From assembly GCA_051971635.1 (NCBI GenBank), contig JBFPLN010000003.1, positions 160,001-224,000 on the forward strand: DNA of 64,000 nucleotides, read 5' to 3'. Under the pieces are notes generated by a model, which searched no databases, had not been told where the DNA came from, and saw nothing but the letters and a program-made list of their open reading frames with translations. Positions 31,114 through 44,167 of the stretch are shown here, in pieces (the first letter of the stretch is position 1; every line of letters starts with the position of its first letter). The translations under genes and the position numbers were made by a program. This stretch comes from Candidatus Atelocyanobacterium thalassae. Its GTDB lineage: Bacteria; Cyanobacteriota; Cyanobacteriia; Cyanobacteriales; Microcystaceae.

Positions 31114-32277
31114 ATGAAAGCCATGATTCTAGCCGCTGGCAAAGGAACTCGAGTTCGCCCTATTACTCAAACTATTCCTAAGCCCTTAATACCTATTTTA
31201 CAAAAACCTGTAATGGAGTTTTTGCTTGAGCTATTGCGAAAACATGGCTTTGATCAAGTCATGGTAAACGTTAGTCATTTAGCGGAAGAAATTGAAAGCT
31301 ATTTCCGTGATGGACAACGTTTTGGTGTACAAATAGCTTACTCGTTTGAAGGAAAAATTGTTGATGGTGATTTGGTGGGAGAAGCTTTAGGATCTGCAGG
31401 AGGACTGAGACGTATTCAAGATTTTAATCCTTTCTTTGATGATACTTTTATTGTTTTATGTGGAGATGCACTAATTGACCTGGATTTAACAGCTGCTGTA
31501 AAGTGGCATAAAGAGAAAGGTGCAATCGCTACAGTTGTTACTAAATCAGTTTCGAAAGAAGTGGTTTCTAGTTATGGAGTAGTAGTAACTGACGAAGAAG
31601 GAAAAATTCAAACTTTTCAGGAAAAGCCTTCCGTGGAAGAAGCGTTAAGTACAAATATTAATACTGGAATTTACATTTTTGAACCAGAAATTATTAATTA
31701 CATTCCTCCAAATACAAAATATGACATAGGAAGTGAACTATTTCCAAAATTAGTTAGCGAAAATACACCTTTTTATGCAGTTAATATGGACTTCGAGTGG
31801 GTTGATATAGGTAAAGTTCCTGATTATTGGCATGCTATTCGCGGAGTTTTACAAAGAACAATTAAAAATGTTCAAATACCAGGCATTGAAGTCAGGCCTG
31901 GTATCTATACAGGACTGAATGTTGCTGTAAACTGGGATAAGGTTAATATTCAAGGACCTATCTACATTGGTGGAATGACTCATATTGAAGACGGAGCGAC
32001 TATTATCGGCCCCAGTATGATTGGACCTAACTGTTGGATTTGCAGTAATGCTACTGTAGATAATAGCGTTATTTTTGAATATTCTCGATTAGGACCAGGG
32101 GTTAGATTAGCCGATAAGTTGGTATTTGGAAGATATTGTGTAGATAAAACAGGAGCTGCAATTGATGTGCAAGCAGCAGCTTTAGATTGGTTGATTACAG
32201 ACTCTCGCCAAACCATTCCTTATGATCACCAAAATCAACAAAAAGCTATTGCTGACTTACTTAATCAAGATCATTAA
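31114..32277 (+). CDS. cugP: NDP-sugar pyrophosphorylase, probably cyanobacterial UDP-glucose pyrophosphorylase CugP
   Basis: MKAMILAAGKGTRVRP, FQEKP, WVDIG, left-handed beta-helix C-terminus. Confidence 0.8.
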   Translation: MKAMILAAGKGTRVRPITQTIPKPLIPILQKPVMEFLLELLRKHGFDQVMVNVSHLAEEIESYFRDGQRFGVQIAYSFEGKIVDGDLVGEALGSAGGLRRIQDFNPFFDDTFIVLCGDALIDLDLTAAVKWHKEKGAIATVVTKSVSKEVVSSYGVVVTDEEGKIQTFQEKPSVEEALSTNINTGIYIFEPEIINYIPPNTKYDIGSELFPKLVSENTPFYAVNMDFEWVDIGKVPDYWHAIRGVLQRTIKNVQIPGIEVRPGIYTGLNVAVNWDKVNIQGPIYIGGMTHIEDGATIIGPSMIGPNCWICSNATVDNSVIFEYSRLGPGVRLADKLVFGRYCVDKTGAAIDVQAAALDWLITDSRQTIPYDHQNQQKAIADLLNQDH

Positions 32278-33508
32278 AAGATTTATTGATAAGATATTTC
32301 GCTATCTTTTTGGAGGCTCCTGATTTTCCCATACGGTTTTCCCCGTTTTTACTAAGATTATTTACTAATCTTTTATCGTTTAGTAATTTTCCTAAGGCCT
32401 CACCAATATCTTCGGGTTTCTCAATTAGGATAATAGAGGGGCCTAATAAACGTGTTTGTCCTTCAGCAAATTGCTTAGTAAATTGTGGACCTTTACCAGG
32501 GAATGAAATAACTGGTTTTCCTAAACCTACAAATTGTTCAGTAGCAGTTCCTGCCATAGCAATTCCTAACTGAGAAAATTGTAAGCATTCTTTGTAAGCG
32601 GATTGCGTTAGAACTAAAGTAGCATTTTCTTTTTGAAACTGTAAAGCCTGAGAATCTTTTAAATTGATATAACTTTTGTCTAATATTTGATTTTTCCAAT
32701 TATGTTTTATAAGTTCTTCTTGAAAAGGAATAAGGTTTAAATTAGGAGCGATAGCACTCAGAAAAAGAAAAGATTTTTTAGGAAAGATTTTTAAAATAGT
32801 TTGAATTGATTGTAAAATCAGAGCCCAGTTACACCATGTTTCAGGAATTCTTGAACCAGGTAAAAGTAGAACAGTTGTTTCTTCTAAATAACTATCAGGA
32901 TAGGTTGTTATTTTATCTGAAAAATCATCCATCATAGGGTTTCCTAAGAAATGAGCAGAAATTTTCAATTTATTTAGGTTAATTGCCGTTAAAGTATCCC
33001 TTACAAATACACCTCTACATTTATTAGATTTCATAAACCAGCGTTCCCAGGGATAGTATATCGAATTGAAGCAGCGATCAATTATTGAAGTTGAAGATAA
33101 CCAACCTTTTTCATCTTTAACATAGTATTCAGATTTGGCGACCCCAATAAAAGCAAAACTAGCATTACTTAACCAAGCAAAAAATAAAGGAAGAATGTCT
33201 CCAACTACTAATATTACTCCTCCTTTTTTCCCCCATTGGGAAACCACTTGATATTGTTGATATGTTAAGCTAATTAATCCTTTATTAACATCACGGAATA
33301 GTTCTGATATTTTTTGATTAAATCCCCCTGAAGGCATACAACCAACTTTACCTATAATCGGAATCTGACTTTTTTTAAAAGCATAGCCTTCCCCAACTAA
33401 AGGAAGTGCAACAATCTGAGAAACTTCAGAGTAAGTAATTAATTCTTTAATAATAGAAATAGCAATAGTATCTTCCCCATGTCCATTGCTAATTACTAGA
33501 ATTTTCAT
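32261..33508 (-). CDS. Lipid-A-disaccharide-synthase-related GT-B protein
   Basis: SNGHGED, LPLVGEG, GNPMMD, LLLPGSR, MAGTATEQFVGLGKP. Confidence 0.8.
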   Translation of the reverse strand: MKILVISNGHGEDTIAISIIKELITYSEVSQIVALPLVGEGYAFKKSQIPIIGKVGCMPSGGFNQKISELFRDVNKGLISLTYQQYQVVSQWGKKGGVILVVGDILPLFFAWLSNASFAFIGVAKSEYYVKDEKGWLSSTSIIDRCFNSIYYPWERWFMKSNKCRGVFVRDTLTAINLNKLKISAHFLGNPMMDDFSDKITTYPDSYLEETTVLLLPGSRIPETWCNWALILQSIQTILKIFPKKSFLFLSAIAPNLNLIPFQEELIKHNWKNQILDKSYINLKDSQALQFQKENATLVLTQSAYKECLQFSQLGIAMAGTATEQFVGLGKPVISFPGKGPQFTKQFAEGQTRLLGPSIILIEKPEDIGEALGKLLNDKRLVNNLSKNGENRMGKSGASKKIAKYLINKSFNDLD

Positions 33509-33606
33509 AAGTTTTATTAAAATAGTTGACTAAAGTATATATTGCTATCCTCCTCTAAAATTTGTAATAATTTTAGATATTCTGCAATGTTTTATATATG
33601 AATGAG

Positions 33607-33652
33607 TAAGTTAAATAATTAATTTACTAAGTTAAATAATTAATTTACTAAG
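33607..33652. repeat. Exact 21-bp tandem duplication in a spacer
   Basis: taagttaaataattaatttac x2 plus taag. Confidence 0.85.
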
Positions 33653-34173
33653 GTAATAAACGTTTCAGCTATTGTAGTATGACATCTCTGTTAGCTATTT
33701 TTAGATCAGCAATAAGATAATTTATTTCAAACATTTTCCAGACAATAGATTAATTTGTATAGTATAAAAAGTTGAGGATATTGTGGCATTGAAGTTGTCT
33801 AACATATTAATGTAATTGCAAAAGTTAAACTTTTTTACACTAAGTAATAGTTTTATTAAATTAAAATTAAGAGTGTTTATACTTATTATTATCTAGCCTT
33901 ACGCTATCATACTGCGTTATGTAATGAGAATATAAATAATATTAATATTTTTTAGATTTAGCTAAATTCTTTACTAATTGAATTTACTAGTTAAAATAAT
34001 TAACGTAATGAGTTTAACAAGTTAATTATTTTGTACCTGTTGAGCTAAAACTTCACTAATTAGTGTTTTGAAAACTTAATCTAAACAAAAGTTCAAGATT
34101 ATTTGCTTCGGATTTGCTAGAAGGTGATAAACTGACCTACTAGACACAAAATTTTTAATATTCAATGGTCTAA

Positions 34174-35394
<1,221 letters not shown>

Positions 35395-35435
35395 TCACAT
35401 AAGTCATCCTGGCAGATTAGCACTCCATCTTATGA

Positions 35436-35481
35436 AAAAGACCTCATTAGCCATAATATAAATTGGCTAATGAGGTCTTTT
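35436..35481. terminator. Bidirectional terminator, perfect 18-bp arms
   Basis: aaaagacctcattagcca-N10-tggctaatgaggtctttt between convergent genes. Confidence 0.8.
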
Positions 35482-35499
35482 ACAATCAAAAGTTGTTGA

Positions 35500-36438
35500 T
35501 TATTTTTTTACGGCATAAAACATTCCAAATTTACAAAGTCCTGTTCCAAAAGCTATACGCATTAGGAGTAATGTTGGAACTTCGCGTAAAGATTTGATAA
35601 AACCCATAATGCCAAAATACCATAAACCTTTAGGTCTTTTAATTCCTTGCCAAATAGAATCTAGCCATGAAGGAAGAGTTGATTCTGTCCAATCTTCCGT
35701 AATTACTCTTCTTTGCACTGAACCTGTCATTTCCAAAAGTTCTGAAAAACCCTCAATACTTGCGAAAGCTGGGTGAGACCACTGGTCTAAAAGTTGTTTC
35801 ATGACAATAGACTCTAAAATATTTAAAGGCTGTTCTCGATCATCACGTTGATTCCAATCAGCAACAACTAAGATACCATTAGGCTTAAGAACCCGAAGTA
35901 GTTCTTGAGCAAATTTCCTTTTATTAGACATATGAGGACCTGCCTCAATGCACCATACGACATCAAAACTAGCGTCAGAAAAAGGTAAATTCATGGCATC
36001 ACCAACCATAAATTTTGCATTTAGATCTGGGGGAGTTAGTTCTTTTGCACGTTTAACTTGTTTTGGACTAATAGTAACACCAGTAACATTAAAACCGTAA
36101 GCTTTTGATAATATACGGCTACTTCCTCCAATGCCACAGCCCACGTCAAGAACATTAGTTCCAATTGGTAATTTATTTAGTTTTCCCCAACGAGCCATTT
36201 CATGAACAAAATCAGACTTTGCCTTTAAGAAATCTTTCCTTTGAGGTGGTGAACCATAATGTCCTAGATGAATATGTTCACCCCAATAAAACTCTAGTAT
36301 ACCGTCTTCTGTCCATTGATCATAAGAGTAAGCTACTGATTCAGAGGATTGATAAGGACGAGCTGAAAGAAAATAAATCATACTAAAAACACCTGAAAAT
36401 GTCAATAGTATTCCAAAAATCACATACGGTAAATGCAT
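35500..36438 (-). CDS. MPBQ/MSBQ-type SAM methyltransferase (prenylquinol methylation)
   Basis: YWGEHIHLGHY, VLDVGCGIGGS, EAGPHM, DWNQRD, QLLDQWSHP. Confidence 0.8.
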   Translation of the reverse strand: MHLPYVIFGILLTFSGVFSMIYFLSARPYQSSESVAYSYDQWTEDGILEFYWGEHIHLGHYGSPPQRKDFLKAKSDFVHEMARWGKLNKLPIGTNVLDVGCGIGGSSRILSKAYGFNVTGVTISPKQVKRAKELTPPDLNAKFMVGDAMNLPFSDASFDVVWCIEAGPHMSNKRKFAQELLRVLKPNGILVVADWNQRDDREQPLNILESIVMKQLLDQWSHPAFASIEGFSELLEMTGSVQRRVITEDWTESTLPSWLDSIWQGIKRPKGLWYFGIMGFIKSLREVPTLLLMRIAFGTGLCKFGMFYAVKK

Positions 36439-36941
36439 GACAATTATAAAATAGGGTTCTCAATAGTATTAATTTTTTACCAAACTATTATATTTATTTT
36501 TTTGGCCCTTAATTTTAAGATAAAAGCAACTACAAGATACTAATAAAAAATTATCCTGAAAAAATGTTTCTATACTTATCAAGTTGTTGTTTAATCAAAC
36601 TTTGGTAACTATTATACTATTAATTTAATTAATAATAGTCAATTATTTATTTTCAGCGGGTATTTAAAAATATGCTAATCAGTCAATACATTTATTTAAA
36701 TAAATATTTTTTTATATAAGTTTTTTGATTAACTATACTGACTTGGTTTTTTATAAAAAAATGTCGTATCATTTAGTCATAACACGCTTAAAATTCTTAG
36801 TTTTTAAACTATTTATTTACTTAGCAAATATAGAGATCAAGTTTTTTCACTACGAAAATTTTAAGATTTTTAATTATTAGAGCTGATAAAAACTTATATT
36901 TCGCGCAAGTACTCAACTATATTTATAACCTTTAAAATCCT

Positions 36942-38843
36942 ATGATTCCTCATAATAGTTTTGATTTTCAAGATGAATTCGACGTTATTGTTATTGGTGC
37001 AGGACATTCAGGCTGCGAGGCTGCATTAGCAACATCTCGTCTAGGATGCAAAACTTTAATGCTAACTTTAAATCTTGATCGTATTGCTTGGCAGCCGTGT
37101 AATCCTGCAGTGGGTGGACCTGCAAAATCTCAACTAGCTCATGAAGTAGATGCCTTAGGAGGAGAAATTGGTAAAGTAACTGATTTAACATATTTACAAA
37201 AGCGAGTTCTCAATGCTTCTAGAGGTCCTGCAGTATGGGCATTGCGTGCTCAAGTTGATAAGCGTGAATACTCTGCAACTATGAAATCAATTATTGAGAA
37301 TCAAGAAAATCTTAATATTCGTGAAGGTATGGTTACTGACTTAGTCTTGGGTCACAATGATGAAATTATTGGAGTTCAAACATACTTCGGTAGTTATTTC
37401 GCTGCAAAAGCAGTTATCTTAGCAACTGGAACTTTTCTAGGAGGACAAATTTGGATTGGAGATAAATCCATGGATGCTGGTAGAGCTGGTGAATTTCCTT
37501 CTATCAAACTAACTAATACTCTTAAGCAATTAGGATTTGAGATAGATAGACTAAAGACCGGAACTCCTGCGAGAATTGATAAACGGTCTGTAGATTACTC
37601 TAAATTGGAGCCTCAACTTCCTGATAAAGATTTAAGATGGTTTAGCTTTGATCCTAATTTCTGGGTAGAGAAAGAACAAATGAACTGTTATTTAACCAGA
37701 ACTACACCTGAAACACATAAGTTAATAAGAGATAATCTTCACTTGTCTCCTATTTATGGAGGATTCATGCAATCTAAAGGTCCTCGCTATTGTCCATCCA
37801 TAGAAGATAAAATCGTAAGATTTGCGGATAAAAATAGTCATCAAATTTTTATAGAGCCGGAGGGAAAGGAAACACCAGAATTATATATACAAGGATTTTC
37901 TACAGGGTTACCAGAAAATATTCAATCAGCGATGTTGAGGACCTTACCCGGTTTAGAAGAATGCACAATGTTGCGTCCTGCATATGCTGTAGAGTATGAT
38001 TTCTTGCCAGCTACTCAATGTAGTCCAACTTTAATGACAAAAAAGATCGAAGGTCTTTTTTGTGCTGGACAAATCAACGGTACAACAGGATATGAAGAAG
38101 CTGCAGCACAAGGAATTGTCGCTGGAGTCAATGCTGCAAAATTTGTCAGCAATGAACAAATGATCACCTTTTCTAGAGAGGAGAGCTATATTGGCACTTT
38201 AATTGATGATTTATGCACTAAAGATATAAGAGAACCATATAGGATGTTAACTTCTAGATCTGAATATCGTCTAATATTACGTTCAGATAATGCTGATGAA
38301 AGACTAACACCATTAGGGAGAAAGATTGGACTAATTGATGATTATAGATGGCATTTATTTCAAAAAAAACAAAAAAATATTCTTGAAGAAAAAGAACGTC
38401 TTTCCAAAGTTAGAGTAAAAGAAAAAGATGAAATAGGTATTAAAATTATTAATGATACTCAGCAAAATATTAAAGGAGCAATTACTTTAGCTGATTTATT
38501 ACGCCGTCCCAAATTTCATTATGAGAATTTAGAACAGTATGGATTAGGAAACACTAATTTAACTACTGGAGAAAAGGAAGGAGTAGAAATTAACATTAAA
38601 TATTCTGGTTATTTAAAACGCCAACAAAATCAGCTTGAACAAGTTAGGCGCTATGCCAACCGTAATTTGCCTGTAGATATTGATTATATGAGTATTGAAA
38701 CTTTATCAATGGAAGCAAGAGAAAAGCTTACTAAAATATCTCCACTAACTATTGGTCAGGCATCTCGTATTGCTGGAGTTAGTCCTGCAGATACTAACGC
38801 TTTACTAATATACTTAGAAATCAAGTCACGTCAGAATACTTAA
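36942..38843 (+). CDS. mnmG: tRNA uridine-34 modification enzyme MnmG (GidA)
   Basis: [53 protein letters not shown]. Confidence 0.98.
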   Translation: MIPHNSFDFQDEFDVIVIGAGHSGCEAALATSRLGCKTLMLTLNLDRIAWQPCNPAVGGPAKSQLAHEVDALGGEIGKVTDLTYLQKRVLNASRGPAVWALRAQVDKREYSATMKSIIENQENLNIREGMVTDLVLGHNDEIIGVQTYFGSYFAAKAVILATGTFLGGQIWIGDKSMDAGRAGEFPSIKLTNTLKQLGFEIDRLKTGTPARIDKRSVDYSKLEPQLPDKDLRWFSFDPNFWVEKEQMNCYLTRTTPETHKLIRDNLHLSPIYGGFMQSKGPRYCPSIEDKIVRFADKNSHQIFIEPEGKETPELYIQGFSTGLPENIQSAMLRTLPGLEECTMLRPAYAVEYDFLPATQCSPTLMTKKIEGLFCAGQINGTTGYEEAAAQGIVAGVNAAKFVSNEQMITFSREESYIGTLIDDLCTKDIREPYRMLTSRSEYRLILRSDNADERLTPLGRKIGLIDDYRWHLFQKKQKNILEEKERLSKVRVKEKDEIGIKIINDTQQNIKGAITLADLLRRPKFHYENLEQYGLGNTNLTTGEKEGVEINIKYSGYLKRQQNQLEQVRRYANRNLPVDIDYMSIETLSMEAREKLTKISPLTIGQASRIAGVSPADTNALLIYLEIKSRQNT

Positions 38844-38898
38844 TATTTATACTAAGAAAAACAGAAGTAGTTATTCTTAAAATTATTTCAACCAACTA

Positions 38899-40461
38899 TT
38901 AGCTACCTCCAGTTCCTAATAAGAAGAGACTTAATAGAGTTCCTGTATTCCAAAGACTATGCATTAGTATCGATGATAAGAGATTACGTGAACGTGTGTA
39001 AACGACACCTAAGATAATTCCTAAAGTTGTTAATGGTAGAATTTCAGAAACATTAAGATGTGCAGCAGCAAAAATTAAACTACTGACCCCAATCGCAGCC
39101 CATGGAGAAATATAACGAGTTAAAGAAGGTAACAAAAAACCTCGAAAAATTATCTCCTCATAAAAAGGTGCAGCAATAGCTGCGGTTGAATAAAAAATTG
39201 CCAAAGCAACTAAATCTTGGTTTTCTAGGACTAGGGAAAGTAAAGGATTACTTCCTCCTTGTCCACCCCAAAAATTATCATTAAGTAATGAAATGATAAG
39301 AACCAAAGGTAAAGCAACTAAATACCCACCAACTCCCCATATGATCCAATTACTAAAAATTTTAAAATTAAACAATTTTTGAGATAAAGGAAAGAAAGGT
39401 TTAATTGATATATAAAGTACTGAAATTCCTCCTATAGCCATTAGAAGGTAACTAATTAAAATATAGATAGCCTTACTTCTCAGACTTAAATTAATTAAGT
39501 TAATATTTAAAATAGTAAATAAGGCTGGCAAAATGATTTGACCAAAAAAGAAAAATCCTACAATTAAAACTTTCCAAGGAACTTCAATCGTCCAAGGTAT
39601 TTCCCATCTATAACTGCTATCCATACTCAAAATTGCAGTATCTTTTCTTAAAATTAGTTGAATCAGGGATAAAATGATAAACCCCATACCTATAACACTT
39701 CCTAAACTCGGAATTGTAGTAAGAAAACCTAATTTCAAAATTGCTGAATTTGAATCTTTCTCAGATCTTATTCGTAAATTTTGTAAATCTTTCTGCTTGT
39801 TCTCTACCTCATAAAGTTTTTTTAAAGAGTAGTCGCGAAACCAGCCATTTAAGTTTTCTTTTATATTTAATTCTGTATTAGCTGATGTTGCAAAACTATC
39901 ACTCCACAAATTTATTAAAATATCAGATATTTTGTTCAAAGAAGAAGAAGGTAATAGAAAATTATTAGTTTCCCAAATATTTAATGCTTGCGTTGTATTT
40001 CCTTGCGAAATCTCTAATAACCCTATCTTAATGTTCAAGTCATTAAGTGTTTTTTTCTGATTATTTATATCAGTTAATAGTTTTGTTCTATTACTAGAAA
40101 GTTTTAAAGACTTTAAGCGAGAAGTTTTTTCCGTTGTTTCAACTACATTATTATCAATTTTATTTAATTCAGCACTTAATTCATTTAATTTATTAGACGC
40201 AATATTATGTACTTCTTTATACTTTTTAAGAGCATTTAGATATGGCTGTTGTCCTGATATATATTTACTAATGTTATTAATTTTTTGGGGATCATTATGA
40301 AAAATATGAGAGGATTTAAGAACTAAATCTGTTTGATAGAGTTGAAAGTTAGATTGGGATTGCGGTTGATGAATGCTATCTACTAATGATAAAAATACTG
40401 GAATCAATGAAACTATTGTTATTATGGTTAATAGTATTTTTTTCATTTTCATAAATTTCAT
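38899..40461 (-). CDS. CPBP (Abi/CAAX) intramembrane glutamic endopeptidase with a large soluble domain
   Basis: EEIIFRG, FAAAH, HSLWN motifs. Confidence 0.9.
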   Translation of the reverse strand: MKFMKMKKILLTIITIVSLIPVFLSLVDSIHQPQSQSNFQLYQTDLVLKSSHIFHNDPQKINNISKYISGQQPYLNALKKYKEVHNIASNKLNELSAELNKIDNNVVETTEKTSRLKSLKLSSNRTKLLTDINNQKKTLNDLNIKIGLLEISQGNTTQALNIWETNNFLLPSSSLNKISDILINLWSDSFATSANTELNIKENLNGWFRDYSLKKLYEVENKQKDLQNLRIRSEKDSNSAILKLGFLTTIPSLGSVIGMGFIILSLIQLILRKDTAILSMDSSYRWEIPWTIEVPWKVLIVGFFFFGQIILPALFTILNINLINLSLRSKAIYILISYLLMAIGGISVLYISIKPFFPLSQKLFNFKIFSNWIIWGVGGYLVALPLVLIISLLNDNFWGGQGGSNPLLSLVLENQDLVALAIFYSTAAIAAPFYEEIIFRGFLLPSLTRYISPWAAIGVSSLIFAAAHLNVSEILPLTTLGIILGVVYTRSRNLLSSILMHSLWNTGTLLSLFLLGTGGS

Positions 40462-40477
40462 CTAAATATACTGATGC

Positions 40478-42025
40478 TTATTTCTTTTTAGTTGAAACAA
40501 GACTAAATCCTGAAGCTTCTCCTAGCATCTTAGCATTAATTAACTTAAAATTTGGGGCTTTTGCATTCTCTAACAAAAGATAAGATGAGTTTGATGCAAG
40601 TATATCTAATTCATCTTTATTTTTAGATATTACTTGACGCTCACTATAGAAATCTAGGCTAGGCCGACTATATGCAAATGAAGTATAAACTATAGTATTA
40701 GGTGGAGTATTCTCTCTAATTAACTTGGCTACTGACTTTACAGGAAATGATTCATTCAATTCCCATAGCCAAGCATTAGAAATCATTAATAAAGCTAAAC
40801 TTATATATAATCCTGTTACAAGAAAAATAATAAAGCTAGATAATTTTTTATATAACGTGTGATTAGTCAATAAAATTGTTGCAAAAAATACAAAGAATAT
40901 AAATTGAAAAATAAATTCTTGTGGACCTCTGAATATGTAGATTCCTAATCCTAATAACAAGCAAACTAACACAAATATACTAATGACTAATACTTTAGAA
41001 CGATTTTTAGGATATAAATATAAATAGGATAGATTGTATCCAATACTTAAAGCGAAGAAAGGATAAATCGGCATTATGTACCAAGGTAGCTTAGTACCCA
41101 TGATAGTAATTATGAATAAAAATAAAAAAAATCCTGTTAATATTAATTGATTTAGACTTTTTTGATGCTTTTCCCAAGCTATAATTAATCCCCCAGGAAA
41201 AAATATCAACCAGGGAAAGCTGTATTTTATTAGTTCAAGTACGTAATACCAAGCCTCTCCTCTGTTACCTTCAACAGCAGTTGATAAACGCTCAAAATTT
41301 TGTTGAAAGAAGTGAACCTCAATAAACTTTTCTCCGTAGAAGTTAATCTGCAAACAATACCAGACAGCAACTGGACAAAACCCTATTAATAAACTTATCC
41401 AGAGCCAATTATTTCTTAAAAATTTATTATGATCATTTAAAATCATATAAATTCCTAAAATCCCTCCTAAAGCAATCGCTAAAATTCCTTTACTAAGTGC
41501 AATCATTCCTAGGCTTATGCCAAAACCTAATATCCACAATGGTTGTTTTTTTGATTTCAATAAAGATAAAATACAAAAAATTAAAAAAGTATTAATCATT
41601 CCGTCTATCATAGCCAAGCGTCCATGTCGTAGAACAGGAAGCAAAGTTAGATAAACTAAACTACTAAAAACTGCTGGAAGTTGTGTGTAAAATATATTTC
41701 TACCGACTAAGTAGAGCAGAGGGACACCAGCTGCAGTCAATAAAGCGCAAGGAAGACGAGTAGTAAATTCATTAACACCACCTAAGTGATAAGAAAAATT
41801 AATTAGCCAAATGATTAAAGGAGGTTTTAGTAAAAAAGGTTGGTTATGGTACTTAAGATAAAGCCAATCTCCAGACTGAAACATACTTCTAGCAACTGTA
41901 GCATAATATCCTTCGTCCCAATCTCTAAGTGGTAAATCTCCTAATCTAATCAACCAAATAAATAAAGCTAATATTAGTAAAAGTAAAAACCATGAAATAT
42001 CATTTTTAATATTTAGCCTAATCAT
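40478..42025 (-). CDS. ArnT/PMT-like GT-C glycosyltransferase
   Basis: LRDWDEGYYA, KPPL, RLP, LAMID, SKG, KLPWY; many TM helices. Confidence 0.88.
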   Translation of the reverse strand: MIRLNIKNDISWFLLLLILALFIWLIRLGDLPLRDWDEGYYATVARSMFQSGDWLYLKYHNQPFLLKPPLIIWLINFSYHLGGVNEFTTRLPCALLTAAGVPLLYLVGRNIFYTQLPAVFSSLVYLTLLPVLRHGRLAMIDGMINTFLIFCILSLLKSKKQPLWILGFGISLGMIALSKGILAIALGGILGIYMILNDHNKFLRNNWLWISLLIGFCPVAVWYCLQINFYGEKFIEVHFFQQNFERLSTAVEGNRGEAWYYVLELIKYSFPWLIFFPGGLIIAWEKHQKSLNQLILTGFFLFLFIITIMGTKLPWYIMPIYPFFALSIGYNLSYLYLYPKNRSKVLVISIFVLVCLLLGLGIYIFRGPQEFIFQFIFFVFFATILLTNHTLYKKLSSFIIFLVTGLYISLALLMISNAWLWELNESFPVKSVAKLIRENTPPNTIVYTSFAYSRPSLDFYSERQVISKNKDELDILASNSSYLLLENAKAPNFKLINAKMLGEASGFSLVSTKKK

Positions 42026-43562
42026 TTTTATGTGACTTTACTAAGTAAATATAATACTTCTCATTATAGATGAAAGATTTCGTAAATTTTTTTAGTAATA
42101 CAATATCTAAATTTACGGAATATTTTGATAACGTATGATTCAAGATAAGCAAAACATCTTCACGTTTAGTCCGATCAATAAAATATTTTTCTATTTGATC
42201 TAAGATTTCCAAATCGTTAGTAATTTTGCGAGAACTGTTAAATAATACATAGCTACCCATTTTTTTTGTTTCAGGATAATGAATTTTTCTATTGAGATAA
42301 CCGCTTATGGGAGCAATAGTAAAGTCTTCACTACCAAAAATATAGTAATTGTCTAGATTATTTTGTTGAATGAAATTAGCTGCCATTTTGCTACTAGAAT
42401 ATGGAATAGATAGATCCCTACTGAAGGCAACTATTCCTGCTATTATTTGTAACCATAATATTATTCCTATAAGGTACTTCCGATGGGAGATAAGGAATTC
42501 TTTTATTTTGGAAGAAATATGTAAAAAACGAACAGGAATACTTTCTAAATATTTTTTATGTAACTGTACGTCACCATAATTACTTTCTATCCACAAGGAA
42601 CTTATAAAAATAATATATAAATGTCCATAGTGTCTTTGAGATCCTAAGAACTTAATATAAGTAAAAACAATAATTTCTAAACTTCCTATTAAATAGAAAA
42701 AGAGAGCCACTGGCTTTTGGCTAAGTGATAAAACAATACAGCTAAATAAACTAATAGATAAAAAAGAGAAAAAAATTAAGTCTAATATTTTGGAATCGCT
42801 TGGAATGATCACCATAATATAGCTACGCCATATTCTATTAATAGCTTGAAGTAAACGATTCATATCAAAATTTAAAAACCATTGGTTGGCACCACCTTGT
42901 AATGTGCTATCCATAGGAGGTAGTAATGTCAGAACTGAAATACTTATTCCTATCACTACTATTATTAACGATAGTAAAATATGATTTTTTTTTACTTCTA
43001 TTTTGTATCCTAAATATTTTTGAAAACAGTATTCAAAAATTAATGTAGCACTTAAAGCTATAGATATTAATAAACAATAAGCATTTGTATTAGCCATAAA
43101 AGCTAAGATAAAAGCTAAGATAATGTAGTTTCTATTCTTATGGAAGCATTTACAAAATAGAAAAATTGATAAAATTCCAAAAGAATAATTGCGACTAATT
43201 AAAGAATATTCATATAAGGGAAAATAGCCAAAACTGAATAATATTTTTTGCAATATATTAAAAGGAGAATATATAATAAAAATATATATTGTGGCAACAG
43301 ATATTAACCAATGAACAACTTGCATTATGATTGGATCTGCTGTAATTCTATTTAAAGCCCATAATAAGAGATACCACAACAAAGGATGTCCTTCATACTT
43401 AATACTTTCAAAAAAATCAAGAAAAGAGGAACTATCTCTCGCAATTAACCAACCATTTAATTCATCACGCCACATAGCATGGTTTAAAATTCCAATGAGT
43501 GTGATGAAAGAAAAAGTTATTATTAAGACTATTTCAATTCTCTTATTTTGTTTCGGAAACAT
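42018..43562 (-). CDS. Polytopic membrane protein, probable GT-C glycosyltransferase
   Basis: HAMWRDE after TM1, YEGHPLLWY, EYSLISRNY, RHYGH; about 11-12 TM segments. Confidence 0.65.
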   Translation of the reverse strand: MFPKQNKRIEIVLIITFSFITLIGILNHAMWRDELNGWLIARDSSSFLDFFESIKYEGHPLLWYLLLWALNRITADPIIMQVVHWLISVATIYIFIIYSPFNILQKILFSFGYFPLYEYSLISRNYSFGILSIFLFCKCFHKNRNYIILAFILAFMANTNAYCLLISIALSATLIFEYCFQKYLGYKIEVKKNHILLSLIIVVIGISISVLTLLPPMDSTLQGGANQWFLNFDMNRLLQAINRIWRSYIMVIIPSDSKILDLIFFSFLSISLFSCIVLSLSQKPVALFFYLIGSLEIIVFTYIKFLGSQRHYGHLYIIFISSLWIESNYGDVQLHKKYLESIPVRFLHISSKIKEFLISHRKYLIGIILWLQIIAGIVAFSRDLSIPYSSSKMAANFIQQNNLDNYYIFGSEDFTIAPISGYLNRKIHYPETKKMGSYVLFNSSRKITNDLEILDQIEKYFIDRTKREDVLLILNHTLSKYSVNLDIVLLKKFTKSFIYNEKYYIYLVKSHKND

Positions 43563-44167
43563 AAGCTCTTAATTTAAAATGATTTAAAAAATGTTAGTAA
43601 AAAAATAATACAGAAAAAAAACTATCAAAAAAAATGAACATCTTATAATATCTTTATTTTTATAATAAGAATATAGAATGTGATGGTTAATTTTTTTAAA
43701 TGCTATATTCTATCTTGGCGGAAACGGCATGTTTCTATTTAACTATTTTAATCAGAGAAATTAATTAATCTTTAAGACTTTCCTCCATAATTTTTCATAA
43801 TGCTAGCTAAAAATGTCACTGCATAATTTATTAAGACTAAGTTAAACGAACGTTTATAAAATTGTTCAAGTTAATAATTATTTTATAAGATAAAAATGTG
43901 TTTTTATAAATACATACCACCATCCTAGTTAGCTACTGAGAAGCTAATTTGTTAAATAGAAATTTAGTAGAAATATTTTCATAGTAAAAAAGACATAAAT
44001 TAATTCTTTTCTACCCATTCAGGACAAAAACCGCCATAATAAAAAGGTCAGAAAATAATTATAAAAAATTCTTTGTTACTGTAATAAGAATAGTGGAGAA
44101 TTTAAATATATTATCTTTGACTGTTAAAAATATTTATCAATCTCTTGGTGTGAGGAAATTAAGAACT

